Counted from the stretch's first letter, positions 44,533 to 53,956 are shown. The stretch is 64,000 bases of DNA from Kiritimatiellia bacterium (GCA_050949565.1 JBMNFY010000017.1:1888001-1952000), one strand, 5' to 3'. Numbers and translations: made by a program. The notes: generated from the sequence alone by a model not told the origin.

Positions 44533-45384
44533 CTATTTACTATCGCACCCGCGCAGTAGGGGTTCCCATTCCGGCACTTCGCCCCTGTGCTTGTAGAACG
44601 AGCGCAACGCTTTTTCGGACATTCCGCCGGGCGGTTGATTCGTTTTCATCATAGAAAGAAAATCCGCCTCGTCTTTGGCAGAGCGCAGCGCGTTTGCCAG
44701 TGGTTCAAGTGTGCGCGCGAAACTCTCCTGCGTTCCTCTCCGCTTGGCACTGCCGAACATAAAATAGTTTGTGGCTTTTAACCCCTCAGCGTAGATTTCG
44801 CAGACACCGTCAAGCAGCTTGACCGCCTGATCGGGCGTGATGTCAACAGGCTTCCGCGTGGGAGGAAACTCATTGACCCCCTCTTTTCGCCCGTTTTGCC
44901 AGACCAGAATGATGGTGCTTTCGGTATTGGGTTCATGATAAGCATCCGCGATGCAGGGGAGTTCTTTATAAGCCTTAATCAGCATTTCAAGAACCTCATG
45001 TTTGTCATGCTTTGATAAAAGAAAGGCTTTCTTTGCGTTTATATAGTTAATGAATTCGGAATCAAATTGTGTCGTGAGCTTTGTGATTGCTTCCGGAATG
45101 GTTGGGTTTACAGTGTTTGTTGCTGTTTGCGCAGGCTTCGGATTCTGAGGCGGCCAAGGCAATGGCGACTCGATATGCCGCCCATTTATATAGATGCCGC
45201 TGCCAATGCGCGAGACCACATAGGGTGGTGGCAAAAACTCTCCCTCAACGAACACTAACCCATTTGATACGGCCGGCCACTCTCGACGGCCGAGCCCGCT
45301 GTCAGCCACCCTTTCGCCGCTAGGCTGGGCTTCTGACATCAACGCTGACAAACAAATACTAACCATGACAACTGCTGTCTTCAT
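44533..45384 (-). CDS. Putative immunity protein family B, paralog 1 (likely cognate to the orphan C-terminal cassette)
   Basis: Starts 15 bp after the orphan's stop behind a GGAGG RBS. Has a signal peptide. Confidence 0.6.
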   Translation of the reverse strand: MKTAVVMVSICLSALMSEAQPSGERVADSGLGRREWPAVSNGLVFVEGEFLPPPYVVSRIGSGIYINGRHIESPLPWPPQNPKPAQTATNTVNPTIPEAITKLTTQFDSEFINYINAKKAFLLSKHDKHEVLEMLIKAYKELPCIADAYHEPNTESTIILVWQNGRKEGVNEFPPTRKPVDITPDQAVKLLDGVCEIYAEGLKATNYFMFGSAKRRGTQESFARTLEPLANALRSAKDEADFLSMMKTNQPPGGMSEKALRSFYKHRGEVPEWEPLLRGCDSK

Positions 45385-45399
45385 GTCGGTAACCTCCGT

Positions 45400-47250
45400 T
45401 TAGAAACTCCACTCCTGCCATCCGGCGGGCCATGAGAAAACGCGACGGACAAGCGGACGTCCGCCACCCTCGCCCTCATTCAAACACTTGTTCGAATCAG
45501 TCCGAAGCCAAATCATGTCGCATGCCGATTTATCGTATCTGAAGCCGAGACCGCGCTTGCCGACGCCGACACCAAGCCATCTCACATCCGTAATTGCGGT
45601 TCCCGCCAGTTGCTGAATTGCCAACGCTGCAGATCCATTATCGGAAATGTAGGTGTCGAAAAGGACACACCCCCAGCCTTTTCCTTCGTTCGCGGACGAA
45701 CCGGGGCCAGGAAACTGACCTATAGGTAACCACGCGTTAGCAGGAATATGGGCGGGACACAGTGTTGTCCAAGGATTCCCGGACATCGTCACCCCATAAC
45801 CCGCGTACTCATTACCACCGTTCCATGCAGCCCCCGCCGTCCGACGCATGCCGTCCCCTTGCTTGCCGTTCATGAACTGGAAGAATGTTTCGTTGACGAC
45901 GTAGTTTTCGAATGACGATATCGGCACGGTGTAACCGATTCTCCAGCGCCCTCCGGCACCTTCCTTCACACTGTACATCTGGCCGATAGGAGTGCCTGAA
46001 TAACATATTGCCCAAACAGTGATCGCTCTATTGGTGTCAAGCCATGGTTTCCAGTTCGTTCGCATCCATCCGCTAGAAACTCGTGCAAAGTAGCATCCCG
46101 GTTGAGCGGGTGAGTTCGTTGTTGGTAGCACACTTCTACAACTCATGCCAATGTTTGAGGAGCACCAGTTTTCAATTAATTGTCGCCCCTCTTCGGTATA
46201 CGGCGCGTAAACTGCGTGATGGTATCCTGGCTCACCATGGGATGCTGTCACGCAAACCAAGCCCGCGTTGCGCATATTTAGGTAATTCTCGACCGTGCAG
46301 GTGCCAACATCCAAATCCGTGTCACCTGTCTCATCCTCGTACCAGACCACCTCAGGCCACCCTTGGCTGGACAATTCCGCCGCAAGATATTCCCCGTCAA
46401 GCCAGCCCACGTTGTTATTCGTGTTTGCATTGTTCCTCGTCTTTAGCGGTGCCCAGATCGCGGCGAAATTACCGCCGCCGGGCGCGTAGGAGGCGGGCGG
46501 GATGACGGTAAGGCGGACGCTGTCGCTGGTGAGCGTCTGCCCGTTCCTGATCGCGGAGTATGCCAGCGACACCGCGCCGGTCGCGACCCCGTCCACCCAG
46601 ACATGCGCCGGCGGCGTCTCTCCCTGCGACACGTCCCACTCCACGGGCAACGTGAGGGCGGCGGCGCCCGGCGCCGTGTTCGTCCAGACCCTGACCTGAC
46701 CGCATCCCGCGGACTGCGCCAGCCGGACCGAACCGGCGAAATTGGCGACATCGCCGGACAACCTGACGGGGTAGCGCATCCCCGCGCCTTCCGCCAGCCC
46801 GTTCGTGACAGTCAGGAGCAACCCCGGGGCATAATCTTCGTACCCGTCCTCGTCGTTGTTATCGGTATCGATCGCGCCGTCATTATTCGAATCAACGTCG
46901 ATGTCCACACCCCAAGCCGTGATCTCCACCTGCGTCTCGCAGTCGAAGCGCGCCGCCGCGCCCGCGCCCTGGAACGAGAGGGTGAGCGTGGCGGTGCAGG
47001 GGCGGTCGGCCTGGACCTCGAGGGTCTCGGCGGTGGGGCCGGGCGGGAAGGCGACGGCGTTGCTCTCGCCGCCGCGCACGGCGACGCCCCCGTAGCGCGC
47101 GACGATGTTGGACGGGCCGTCGAGGGCGAGCGTGTACGCGCCGGGCAGCGCGACGTCGTTGAAGACCTTGAGCGGGAATGCGTTGGTCCCCGCCGGGATC
47201 AGCCATGTCCGGTCCCAACCCGGCCAAATGTCAGAGATCAGGCTTTTCAT
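45400..47250 (-). CDS. Orphan toxin C-terminal cassette: shared anchor + DxDxNxDG Ca-type motif + putative clan-CD (His-Gly...Cys) peptidase
   Basis: From 47217 it matches the internal WDRTWLIPAGTNAFPL... segment of the 1282-aa protein for ~100 aa, then becomes unrelated. Motifs VTASHGEPG and ITVWAICYSG. No signal peptide. Confidence 0.7.
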   Translation of the reverse strand: MKSLISDIWPGWDRTWLIPAGTNAFPLKVFNDVALPGAYTLALDGPSNIVARYGGVAVRGGESNAVAFPPGPTAETLEVQADRPCTATLTLSFQGAGAAARFDCETQVEITAWGVDIDVDSNNDGAIDTDNNDEDGYEDYAPGLLLTVTNGLAEGAGMRYPVRLSGDVANFAGSVRLAQSAGCGQVRVWTNTAPGAAALTLPVEWDVSQGETPPAHVWVDGVATGAVSLAYSAIRNGQTLTSDSVRLTVIPPASYAPGGGNFAAIWAPLKTRNNANTNNNVGWLDGEYLAAELSSQGWPEVVWYEDETGDTDLDVGTCTVENYLNMRNAGLVCVTASHGEPGYHHAVYAPYTEEGRQLIENWCSSNIGMSCRSVLPTTNSPAQPGCYFARVSSGWMRTNWKPWLDTNRAITVWAICYSGTPIGQMYSVKEGAGGRWRIGYTVPISSFENYVVNETFFQFMNGKQGDGMRRTAGAAWNGGNEYAGYGVTMSGNPWTTLCPAHIPANAWLPIGQFPGPGSSANEGKGWGCVLFDTYISDNGSAALAIQQLAGTAITDVRWLGVGVGKRGLGFRYDKSACDMIWLRTDSNKCLNEGEGGGRPLVRRVFSWPAGWQEWSF

Positions 47251-48127
47251 TTTTCGGTTCAGGATCAAGCAACTCTCCTTTGGCGGTAAAATCCTTGCGT
47301 TTAGCCGTGGGCGTTTTTTCGATCTCCGCCTTGACTGCCTCAAAGTGCGGGCGGCTGTATTCCGGCCCGGCCTTCACCATCCGATCCGCCACCTTTTCGC
47401 GCTGGACGCTGGCTGGATAGCCCTCCAATGTCTCGCACAAAACTTGGTCTATCATCTTAACGGTATCACCGGCTTTTTCTTTTTCGACCGATTCTAGTAA
47501 GAATTGATGAGCATCATCCAGTCTTGCTTTCGGGTTGTTTTTTTTCTCCATCCGAACTCTGCGCCCAAAAGTTTCATATAAACTATAGAATTCTCTCGGC
47601 GTATGTGTTCCATCGCGTTCAATTTTACGAAGAAACGAAATCGCCTCAATTCCGAGCACGTTGACAACACCTCTGGATGCCGTTTCGCGGATATCCCTAT
47701 CTGCAGAAGTGCTCTTGAGTTCTAAATAGGGAAGCGCAGATGGGTCTTTGGTATGGCTCATGAAAGTGAGTAACTTCCGGCAATATCGCGTAAGTTCAGA
47801 TTTCTCGTCTCGATTGGTTATATTGCCAGACGACAACATTACCAATCCTTCCTCTGCAACATTTTTCGCCTCAGTTACCATATCGTGAACCGGTATCCCG
47901 TTGTTCTTCGCATACAGAAGAAGCGTGTCATCTGGTCGGGGTAATCGATAGTCTCTTGGACTTCGCAATAAACTAAGCGCCACCACTGTCCGCAAGTCGT
48001 GTTTCCCGTCGTACAGATCCCAATGGTGCACCGTGTTCGTGACCGGCCAGCCAGACGGCCAGCCAAACACAGAAGGGGCAAGCAGCGTCGCCACCGCCAG
48101 ACAGATGTTGCATAGTGACTGTTTCAT
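47231..48127 (-). CDS. Putative immunity protein family A, paralog 2 (secreted, HEAT-like)
   Basis: Signal peptide, KDPSALPYLELKSTSA...IRETA, low GC. Ends shared with 48124-49002. Confidence 0.62.
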   Translation of the reverse strand: MKQSLCNICLAVATLLAPSVFGWPSGWPVTNTVHHWDLYDGKHDLRTVVALSLLRSPRDYRLPRPDDTLLLYAKNNGIPVHDMVTEAKNVAEEGLVMLSSGNITNRDEKSELTRYCRKLLTFMSHTKDPSALPYLELKSTSADRDIRETASRGVVNVLGIEAISFLRKIERDGTHTPREFYSLYETFGRRVRMEKKNNPKARLDDAHQFLLESVEKEKAGDTVKMIDQVLCETLEGYPASVQREKVADRMVKAGPEYSRPHFEAVKAEIEKTPTAKRKDFTAKGELLDPEPKNEKPDL

Positions 48128-49002
48128 TGTTCCGCTCGTTCAGGATCAAGCAACTCTCCTTTGGCGGCAAAATCCTTGCGTTTAGCCGTGGGCGTTTTTT
48201 CGATCTCCGCCTTGACTGCCTCAAAATGCGGGCGGCTGTATTCCGGCCCGGCCTTCACCATCCGATCCGCCACCTTTTCGCGCTGGACGCTGGCTGAATA
48301 TCCCTCCAATGTCTCGCACAAAACACGATCTAACATTTTGACGGTACTCCCCTCCTCTTCTTCTATCAATTCCAGTAAGAAAGCATAGGCATCGTCCACT
48401 TTCGCTTTCGGATTGCTTGCCTTCTCCATCCGAATCTTATATCCAAATGATTCATATAGACTATATAAATCCCCTCTATACAATTCGTTTTTTTTGAAGT
48501 CACGAAGAAAACCAATAGCATTCGATCCCAAAATGTTCACAATCATATTCGCTGCAGTCCGACGGATGTCATCATTGGCGGATGTGCTTTTTAACTCCAA
48601 ATATGGAAGGGCAGACGGGTCTTTTGTATACCCCATGAATCCTATGAGTATCCCGCAATATCGCATGACCGCCGCAGCTTCTTCTTTGTTTGTGAGGCTT
48701 CCCGACTCCAGCATGGCAAACCCCTCCTCAGCGACCGTTTGGGCCACGCCCACCATATTGCTGACCGGTATCCTGTGTTCTTTCGCGTATGCGAGCAACA
48801 TGTCCTCTGTTCGCGGCAACCGGTAATCTCGGGGAATTCGCATCAGTCCCACGGCCACCACTGTCCGCAAGTCATGTTTCCCGTCATATACCTCCCAGTG
48901 CGGCACCGTATTTGTGACCGGCCAGCCGGACGGCCATCCAAACACAGAAGAGGCAAGCAGCGTCGCCACCGCCAACCAGATATTGCACACTAACTGTTTC
49001 AT
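48124..49002 (-). CDS. Putative immunity protein family A, paralog 1 (likely cognate to the metzincin C-terminus)
   Basis: Immediately downstream of the 1282-aa gene with an AAGGAG RBS. Signal peptide, helical, low GC. Confidence 0.62.
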   Translation of the reverse strand: MKQLVCNIWLAVATLLASSVFGWPSGWPVTNTVPHWEVYDGKHDLRTVVAVGLMRIPRDYRLPRTEDMLLAYAKEHRIPVSNMVGVAQTVAEEGFAMLESGSLTNKEEAAAVMRYCGILIGFMGYTKDPSALPYLELKSTSANDDIRRTAANMIVNILGSNAIGFLRDFKKNELYRGDLYSLYESFGYKIRMEKASNPKAKVDDAYAFLLELIEEEEGSTVKMLDRVLCETLEGYSASVQREKVADRMVKAGPEYSRPHFEAVKAEIEKTPTAKRKDFAAKGELLDPERAEQ

Positions 49003-49017
49003 TCTTTCACTCCTTTC

Positions 49018-52000
49018 TCATTGATGGCAGGGCTGCCGATTGCCCATGCTGTTCAACCCGACGGGAGCCAAACTTTGCTCCCAAACATCGATTACGACAT
49101 CCCCTTCGAAAAGAGGCGGCAGGCGATCAAACCATGTGCCGTAGACCGACCCCAGAGGGATGTCGCATGTCGTCGTGATGGTGGGGTCCTCATAGCCCAT
49201 CATCAACAACCGGTAGGTGATCAAATATGCCTGTAGCAAATCAGGGGGGTAATAACCCGCGCCCCAGTCCTGCGGGAGACGATCCGCCGTGACGGGGCCT
49301 GTGACAACTCTTTCAAGTGTGTTCGACACCGACCGATACGGATAAATATCCAGCAGTCCGCACGCATGGCCGATCTCGTGGGCCAAAGTTCTCTCCGAGA
49401 TGCCGCTCCTCAAAACAATCCCCTGCGTGTCTTCAAGTCCCAAAAGACTCCCAGCTATAGTCCCATCAATATAAAAATCTCGGACAAAATAAAGCTCTAT
49501 GCCGCCTGTCGCCGTCTCGATATTGCGTATGGACTCCAATTCGCCGGACCAGCCATTGGTAAAGTCAATATCCAGCCATTCCTCGCAATTCGTATATTGA
49601 ATCGCTCCGTTCACATGGAAGGTCATGGCGCACTGCTTGAAGATCGCGTTCACCCCGCTCAGCAGTTCCTGCACGCGGCCTTCGGAGCAAGCCGCGTTAT
49701 TCCCGTTATCATCCCGGACAATCCACACCGTGACCGGAACCGTTTTAGGATCGAGCACCATCCCCGCAATGCAGGGATTGGCGGGGAAGTTCACCCCTTC
49801 CAGCTCAACCTCGAGCTTGAACGCGCCCTCAGTGCTTCCGCCCTTCACGGCGACCAGACGCCCCGTGTTGCGGTTCCCAACAAACGACACATCCCCGGAG
49901 ACCACGCTCCAAGATATTTTGTCGTCAGGGAAAAGAGAGGTTGGCTCGACATTGATCTTGTAATATCCGATCCCGCCGGTCGCTATGCCGCAGGGATTAT
50001 AGACTTCCGGACTGTTTTCAGTTGTAACGGGTTCCAAGGTGACCGCAACCGCCGTCATCTTCAGCAAGGCCTCGCAGGAAATGCCCGACGCCGCGCCCGT
50101 ACCCTGGAATGAGAGCGTCAGGACGGCCTCACCGGGACCCTCCGCCTGAACCAGGACGGTCTCCAGCGTGGAGCCGGGCGGAAAGGCGACGGCGTTGCTC
50201 TCGCCGCCGCGGACGGTGACGCCCCCGTAGCGCGCGACGATGTTGGACGGGCCGTCGAGGGCGAGCGTGTACGCGCCGGGCAGCGCGGCGTCGTTGAAGA
50301 CCTTGAGCGGGAATGCGTTGGTCCCCGCCGGGATCAGCCATGTCCGGTCCCAGTCCGCCGCCAGCGCGGCGTCGTCGCCGGGGCCGGCCGCCCCGTCGAG
50401 GTCCACGTCCGGCTGGAGGTCGAGCGAGAGGACCGTGAAGCGGTCGGTCTCGTAAAAGGTCATGGGCAGGTGCGGGTCGAACCGCGAGAAGCGCACGGAG
50501 CGGTCGTAGGGCGCCGCGCTGGGCGTGAGCCCGGTGACGGTGACCACGCCCGGCGAATCGGGCAGCGGCCCGGGCGCGAGCGGGACGGCCCCGCCGCCGT
50601 CGAAGGACCTGAACGCGGCCGCCAGCCCGGCCGCGCCCTCGTAGACGACGGGGCCGGAGCCCTGTCCACCGCCGCCGCCGGAGTGCGGGTTGTGCTCCGG
50701 GCAGGAACAGCAGCCGCTGTGGTCGAATATGGTGCCGCCCGTTTCCTGGCGCCGGTGCCAGTGGTCGACCGCCCACTGGCAGTGGCTGCAGCCGGGGCCG
50801 TGGCCGCAGTCGTCGGGATCGTTCGGGGGCGTTCCCTGTCCGCCATGCCCCGACGGCCAGGGGCTGAGCGTGGCCCAGCAGTCCGGCCACGCCGCGGGGC
50901 GGCGCGGCACCGGCAGCGTGAAAAACGTGTTGGTGCCGTTGGCAGGGGGGATATAGCCGCGTCCGGCGGCTGGGCAACGTCCTTCGTCCGCCGGTTTGCC
51001 GGTCAGGTCGCACCACCAGCGCGTGAGGCTGTTGGTGGTCACATGCCTCTGGCAGTAGCCGCAGGAACTGCACCGGGTCGCGGGCCATTCCGAGCGCAGA
51101 GATGACAGGGTGCCGGTGCCGGCCCGGGCGGGGGCGCCCGCGTCCAGCCCGTCGGGCATGAACGCGACGGAGACCTCCGTCGGCAGTCCGTCGATGTCGG
51201 GCCAGACCGTGAACTCGGGCACGTTGGTCACGACGGTCGTGCCGCCGTAGCTCCAGGCGTATTGCCCGGAGAGGCCCGCCGCGCAGCCGGTCGCGCGGAA
51301 GGTGATCGGTTCGCCGTGGAAACAGGCGGCGGCGGGCTCCACCGTGAAGAACGGCGCGGCGACGGTGCCTTCCCGGCTGACCGCGTGCGACAGCGGCGGC
51401 GGCGGGGGGGCGGGCGGCGGCTGCTGGATGAAGAACCCGGGGACATCGGACGAGACCGTGTAATCCACCTCGACGCCGTGGCGGGCGCAGAGCCACACGG
51501 TCTGGGTCGCCGCCTTGTCCAGCCACAGCGTCCATGATCCGGGGTCGCGCATGACGAGGGGGATCTCGCCGATCCAGAGCACCGCGCCGGGATCGGCGAC
51601 GGGGGCGTCCAGCGTGACCGTGACCGCGAACAGGGAGTCGTCCCAGGGGAATCCCGATGCCTCGCAGGTACCGTTCGTGGGCAGCGCGTGGTGCATGTGG
51701 AAGAGCCAGGTGTTGGAACAGCAGTTCAATATCGCGCCGGGATCGCCGGGGGAGAGCGGGTCGGGGTCGATGGAGTCGGCCGCGAGGTCGCCGTCGGTGT
51801 CGGGGTCGAGGGGGTCCGTGCCGAGGGTCATTTCCACGCCGTCGTCCGCCCCGTCGCCGTCGCTGTCGGCGCGGCGCGGGTCGGTGCCGTGGATGAGCAG
51901 TTCGTCATAGATGGAGAGGCCGTCGCCGTCGTGGTCGTCAATGGCCGGGTCGAGCAGGCCGAAGGCGCGCCAGCACAGCTCAAGGCCATTGGTGAGCGCG

Positions 52001-52866
52001 GAGGGATCGTTGAGGGCGTAAGCCTCGCCGCCGCCGTTGTGCAGGGCGCCGATGAAGAGGTTGGTGAAGGCGTGGCCGGGGGATCGGAGCGCGGAGCCGG
52101 CCGGTATTTTGTACCGGAAGCGGAAATCGCCGTTTCCGAAGAGCTCGGACTGGAAGGAGACCGGGCAGTTGGTGTCGCGCCCGGCGTAGAGGTTCTCCCA
52201 GGTCAGCAGCAGGCCGCCGGAGGGCGTGGGCGCGTGCCAGAAGCGCCCCTGCGGCGGCACGGTGCCGAAGCTGCCGTGCAGCGGCGCGAGCAGGCTGGCG
52301 TTCGCGGGCACGGAGGAGGGGGAAGGTGTGGACAACGGGTCACGGAACGACACCAGCCCCGAGCTGGAGACGTGCAGGCCGTCGATCTGGTTCGTGCCGA
52401 GGGTGAAGGACCAGCCGTTTGTCTGCAGCCAGAAGGTGTCCTCGGCCACGCCGTACACGGTCCACGGCGCGTGGACGATCGCATTGGAGGGCGCGGCACG
52501 CCAGGCGGCGGCGTTGGTCGCGGCGGAGACGAGGGCGACCCCGGCGGCGTACTGGGCGGGGGTGAGCGCACCGGCGCGGGGCGCGCCGGTGCGGTCGTTC
52601 AAAGGTTCAAGAGGTTCAAGAGGGACGGCGGAGGTGGCGGGGGCGGGGGCGGGCTCCGGGGTGCCGGCCGGGACCTTGCGCTTGGAACCGCCGCTGACAC
52701 AGCACGCGATAAGAAAAATCGCGATGAACACTTGGTCGAAGCGGGACTGGGCGAGGAAGCGGCGTATCGGGTCGCGGAAAAAGGCACCGCCGGTCTCGCA
52801 GATACGGGCGATAAACCACAGCACGAAAGCGATGCAGAGGAACCAGAAAAGCATGTTGGGTGTCAT
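49018..52866 (-). CDS. 1282-aa putative polymorphic toxin: membrane-anchored N-terminus, TSP3-like DxDxDG repeats, Cys/His-rich region, anchor, C-terminal Zn metalloprotease
   Basis: Two hydrophobic N-terminal segments, DHDGDG/DSDGDG/DTDGD repeats, HEIGHACGLLD at 49348-49380 with an LLMMGY Met-turn. GC drops visibly below about 50050. Confidence 0.75.
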   Translation of the reverse strand: MTPNMLFWFLCIAFVLWFIARICETGGAFFRDPIRRFLAQSRFDQVFIAIFLIACCVSGGSKRKVPAGTPEPAPAPATSAVPLEPLEPLNDRTGAPRAGALTPAQYAAGVALVSAATNAAAWRAAPSNAIVHAPWTVYGVAEDTFWLQTNGWSFTLGTNQIDGLHVSSSGLVSFRDPLSTPSPSSVPANASLLAPLHGSFGTVPPQGRFWHAPTPSGGLLLTWENLYAGRDTNCPVSFQSELFGNGDFRFRYKIPAGSALRSPGHAFTNLFIGALHNGGGEAYALNDPSALTNGLELCWRAFGLLDPAIDDHDGDGLSIYDELLIHGTDPRRADSDGDGADDGVEMTLGTDPLDPDTDGDLAADSIDPDPLSPGDPGAILNCCSNTWLFHMHHALPTNGTCEASGFPWDDSLFAVTVTLDAPVADPGAVLWIGEIPLVMRDPGSWTLWLDKAATQTVWLCARHGVEVDYTVSSDVPGFFIQQPPPAPPPPPLSHAVSREGTVAAPFFTVEPAAACFHGEPITFRATGCAAGLSGQYAWSYGGTTVVTNVPEFTVWPDIDGLPTEVSVAFMPDGLDAGAPARAGTGTLSSLRSEWPATRCSSCGYCQRHVTTNSLTRWWCDLTGKPADEGRCPAAGRGYIPPANGTNTFFTLPVPRRPAAWPDCWATLSPWPSGHGGQGTPPNDPDDCGHGPGCSHCQWAVDHWHRRQETGGTIFDHSGCCSCPEHNPHSGGGGGQGSGPVVYEGAAGLAAAFRSFDGGGAVPLAPGPLPDSPGVVTVTGLTPSAAPYDRSVRFSRFDPHLPMTFYETDRFTVLSLDLQPDVDLDGAAGPGDDAALAADWDRTWLIPAGTNAFPLKVFNDAALPGAYTLALDGPSNIVARYGGVTVRGGESNAVAFPPGSTLETVLVQAEGPGEAVLTLSFQGTGAASGISCEALLKMTAVAVTLEPVTTENSPEVYNPCGIATGGIGYYKINVEPTSLFPDDKISWSVVSGDVSFVGNRNTGRLVAVKGGSTEGAFKLEVELEGVNFPANPCIAGMVLDPKTVPVTVWIVRDDNGNNAACSEGRVQELLSGVNAIFKQCAMTFHVNGAIQYTNCEEWLDIDFTNGWSGELESIRNIETATGGIELYFVRDFYIDGTIAGSLLGLEDTQGIVLRSGISERTLAHEIGHACGLLDIYPYRSVSNTLERVVTGPVTADRLPQDWGAGYYPPDLLQAYLITYRLLMMGYEDPTITTTCDIPLGSVYGTWFDRLPPLFEGDVVIDVWEQSLAPVGLNSMGNRQPCHQ

Positions 52867-52895
52867 ATTCGCGTCTCCCCGGCTACTTTAACGAT

Positions 52896-52991
52896 GTTCT
52901 TGTAAGCCTCTCGTGGCATGGGCGTCCCGCCCATGAACACGGGCAAGATGCCCGTGCCACGCCTGCAAACGAGAAGTTCTGCAAAAGCCTC
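52896..52991. repeat. Palindromic REP/MITE-like element, copy 6 (degenerate outer repeats)
   Basis: Core GTGGCATGGGCGTCCCGCCCATG-aa-CACGGGCAAGATGCCCGTGCCAC between the partner gene and the toxin gene. Confidence 0.85.
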
Positions 52992-52996
52992 TCCTG

Positions 52997-53596
52997 TCAT
53001 TTGATGGTGATCCGTGTGGCGTCCGGGGCGGACATGATGGTGATGCGCTCCTGCGGCGCGTCCGCGCCGCGCGCGGTGACGCGCAGGGTGTCCCATGTTC
53101 CGGGGCGCAGCCATTCCGGCAGGGGCGGCTGAGGGAGGCCCGCGAAGGCGACCGCGCCGTCGCGGTCGGTGAAGGCCGGGGGCAGACAGACACCCGAAGC
53201 AGTGACGCGGATGAGGGCGGTGAGCCTCTGCGTGCCGTTGGACGAGGCGGCGGGGACGGCGTGACGGGTGCGCAGGCCGCGCGGCGACAGGAACCACCCG
53301 CCGCGGTCCCATCCGATGGCGAGGTCGGTCTCGCCAGCGTCGAGCACGCCGTCCGCCGGGGCGGCGTCGCGGCCCAGGCAGACCTGGACGTGGTTGGAGG
53401 GCGTGGCCTCGAAGACAAGCTCAAGACGGAAGACGCGCGGGCCGTCGGGGCCGACGGCGGGCAGGGCGTGCGTCGCCGACACCTCGCGGTCGGCGGTCGC
53501 GGGCTCCGGCAGGCGCGGCGCCTCAAGGGTGGCGGCACCCGCCGCCAGCGCGGCTGCGGTGATGGCAGTGACTATGGCTGTTACGTTGTGTTTCAT
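52997..53596 (-). CDS. 199-aa secreted partner protein upstream of the toxin
   Basis: Clear signal peptide, beta-rich, ends ATRITIK. Confidence 0.65.
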   Translation of the reverse strand: MKHNVTAIVTAITAAALAAGAATLEAPRLPEPATADREVSATHALPAVGPDGPRVFRLELVFEATPSNHVQVCLGRDAAPADGVLDAGETDLAIGWDRGGWFLSPRGLRTRHAVPAASSNGTQRLTALIRVTASGVCLPPAFTDRDGAVAFAGLPQPPLPEWLRPGTWDTLRVTARGADAPQERITIMSAPDATRITIK

Positions 53597-53956
53597 CTCG
53601 TTCCCTTCGCTCGGTTCTCCGGCAGGGAAAAGGCGCGGACCCCGCTCCGCGCCTCCTACGAGGGACCGCTAAGACCCTTTGGCAAAGCCCGGCGACGAGG
53701 CCGCGCCCGATCGGGCGCGTCCCCACGCATCTCGCTTTGCTGTGAAAACTAGCGGTTGGTTTCGTTTGAAGCGTTATGCGCGAAAGCGCAAAAATCAAAT
53801 CAGTCTATGGGGTTCGGTTCTCTTCTCGTCCTCCGGTTCTCGCTCTTCTTGTCCGCCAAGCGGCTCTCGTTCGCATGCGGCTTGTCCACTGCCACCCGGC
53901 AACAACGCCGCATTCCGTCGTTGAGTGCATTTTATACTCACTGGCAGATCGAACGC

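Noticed and set aside
41842-44560. CRISPR- or integron-like array suggested by periodic repeats
   Set aside because: The period is ~870-910 bp and the repeats are the coding ends of paralogous genes. There are no cas genes, no integron integrase and no recognisable attC structure.
50690-51075. Multiheme cytochrome
   Set aside because: The CxxC motifs are not directly followed by His, so there is no CxxCH.
45400-52866. Diversity-generating retroelement (TR/VR)
   Set aside because: No reverse transcriptase in the window, and differences between repeats are not adenine-specific.
49018-52866. Classical Rhs / CdiA / T6SS effector
   Set aside because: No YD repeats, DPxG core end, VENN, haemagglutinin or PAAR motifs are visible.
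53777-53956. Solo IS end at the duplication junction
   Set aside because: It matches 60721-60900, which lies outside the IS inverted repeats (starting about 60928). It is upstream sequence of the operon.
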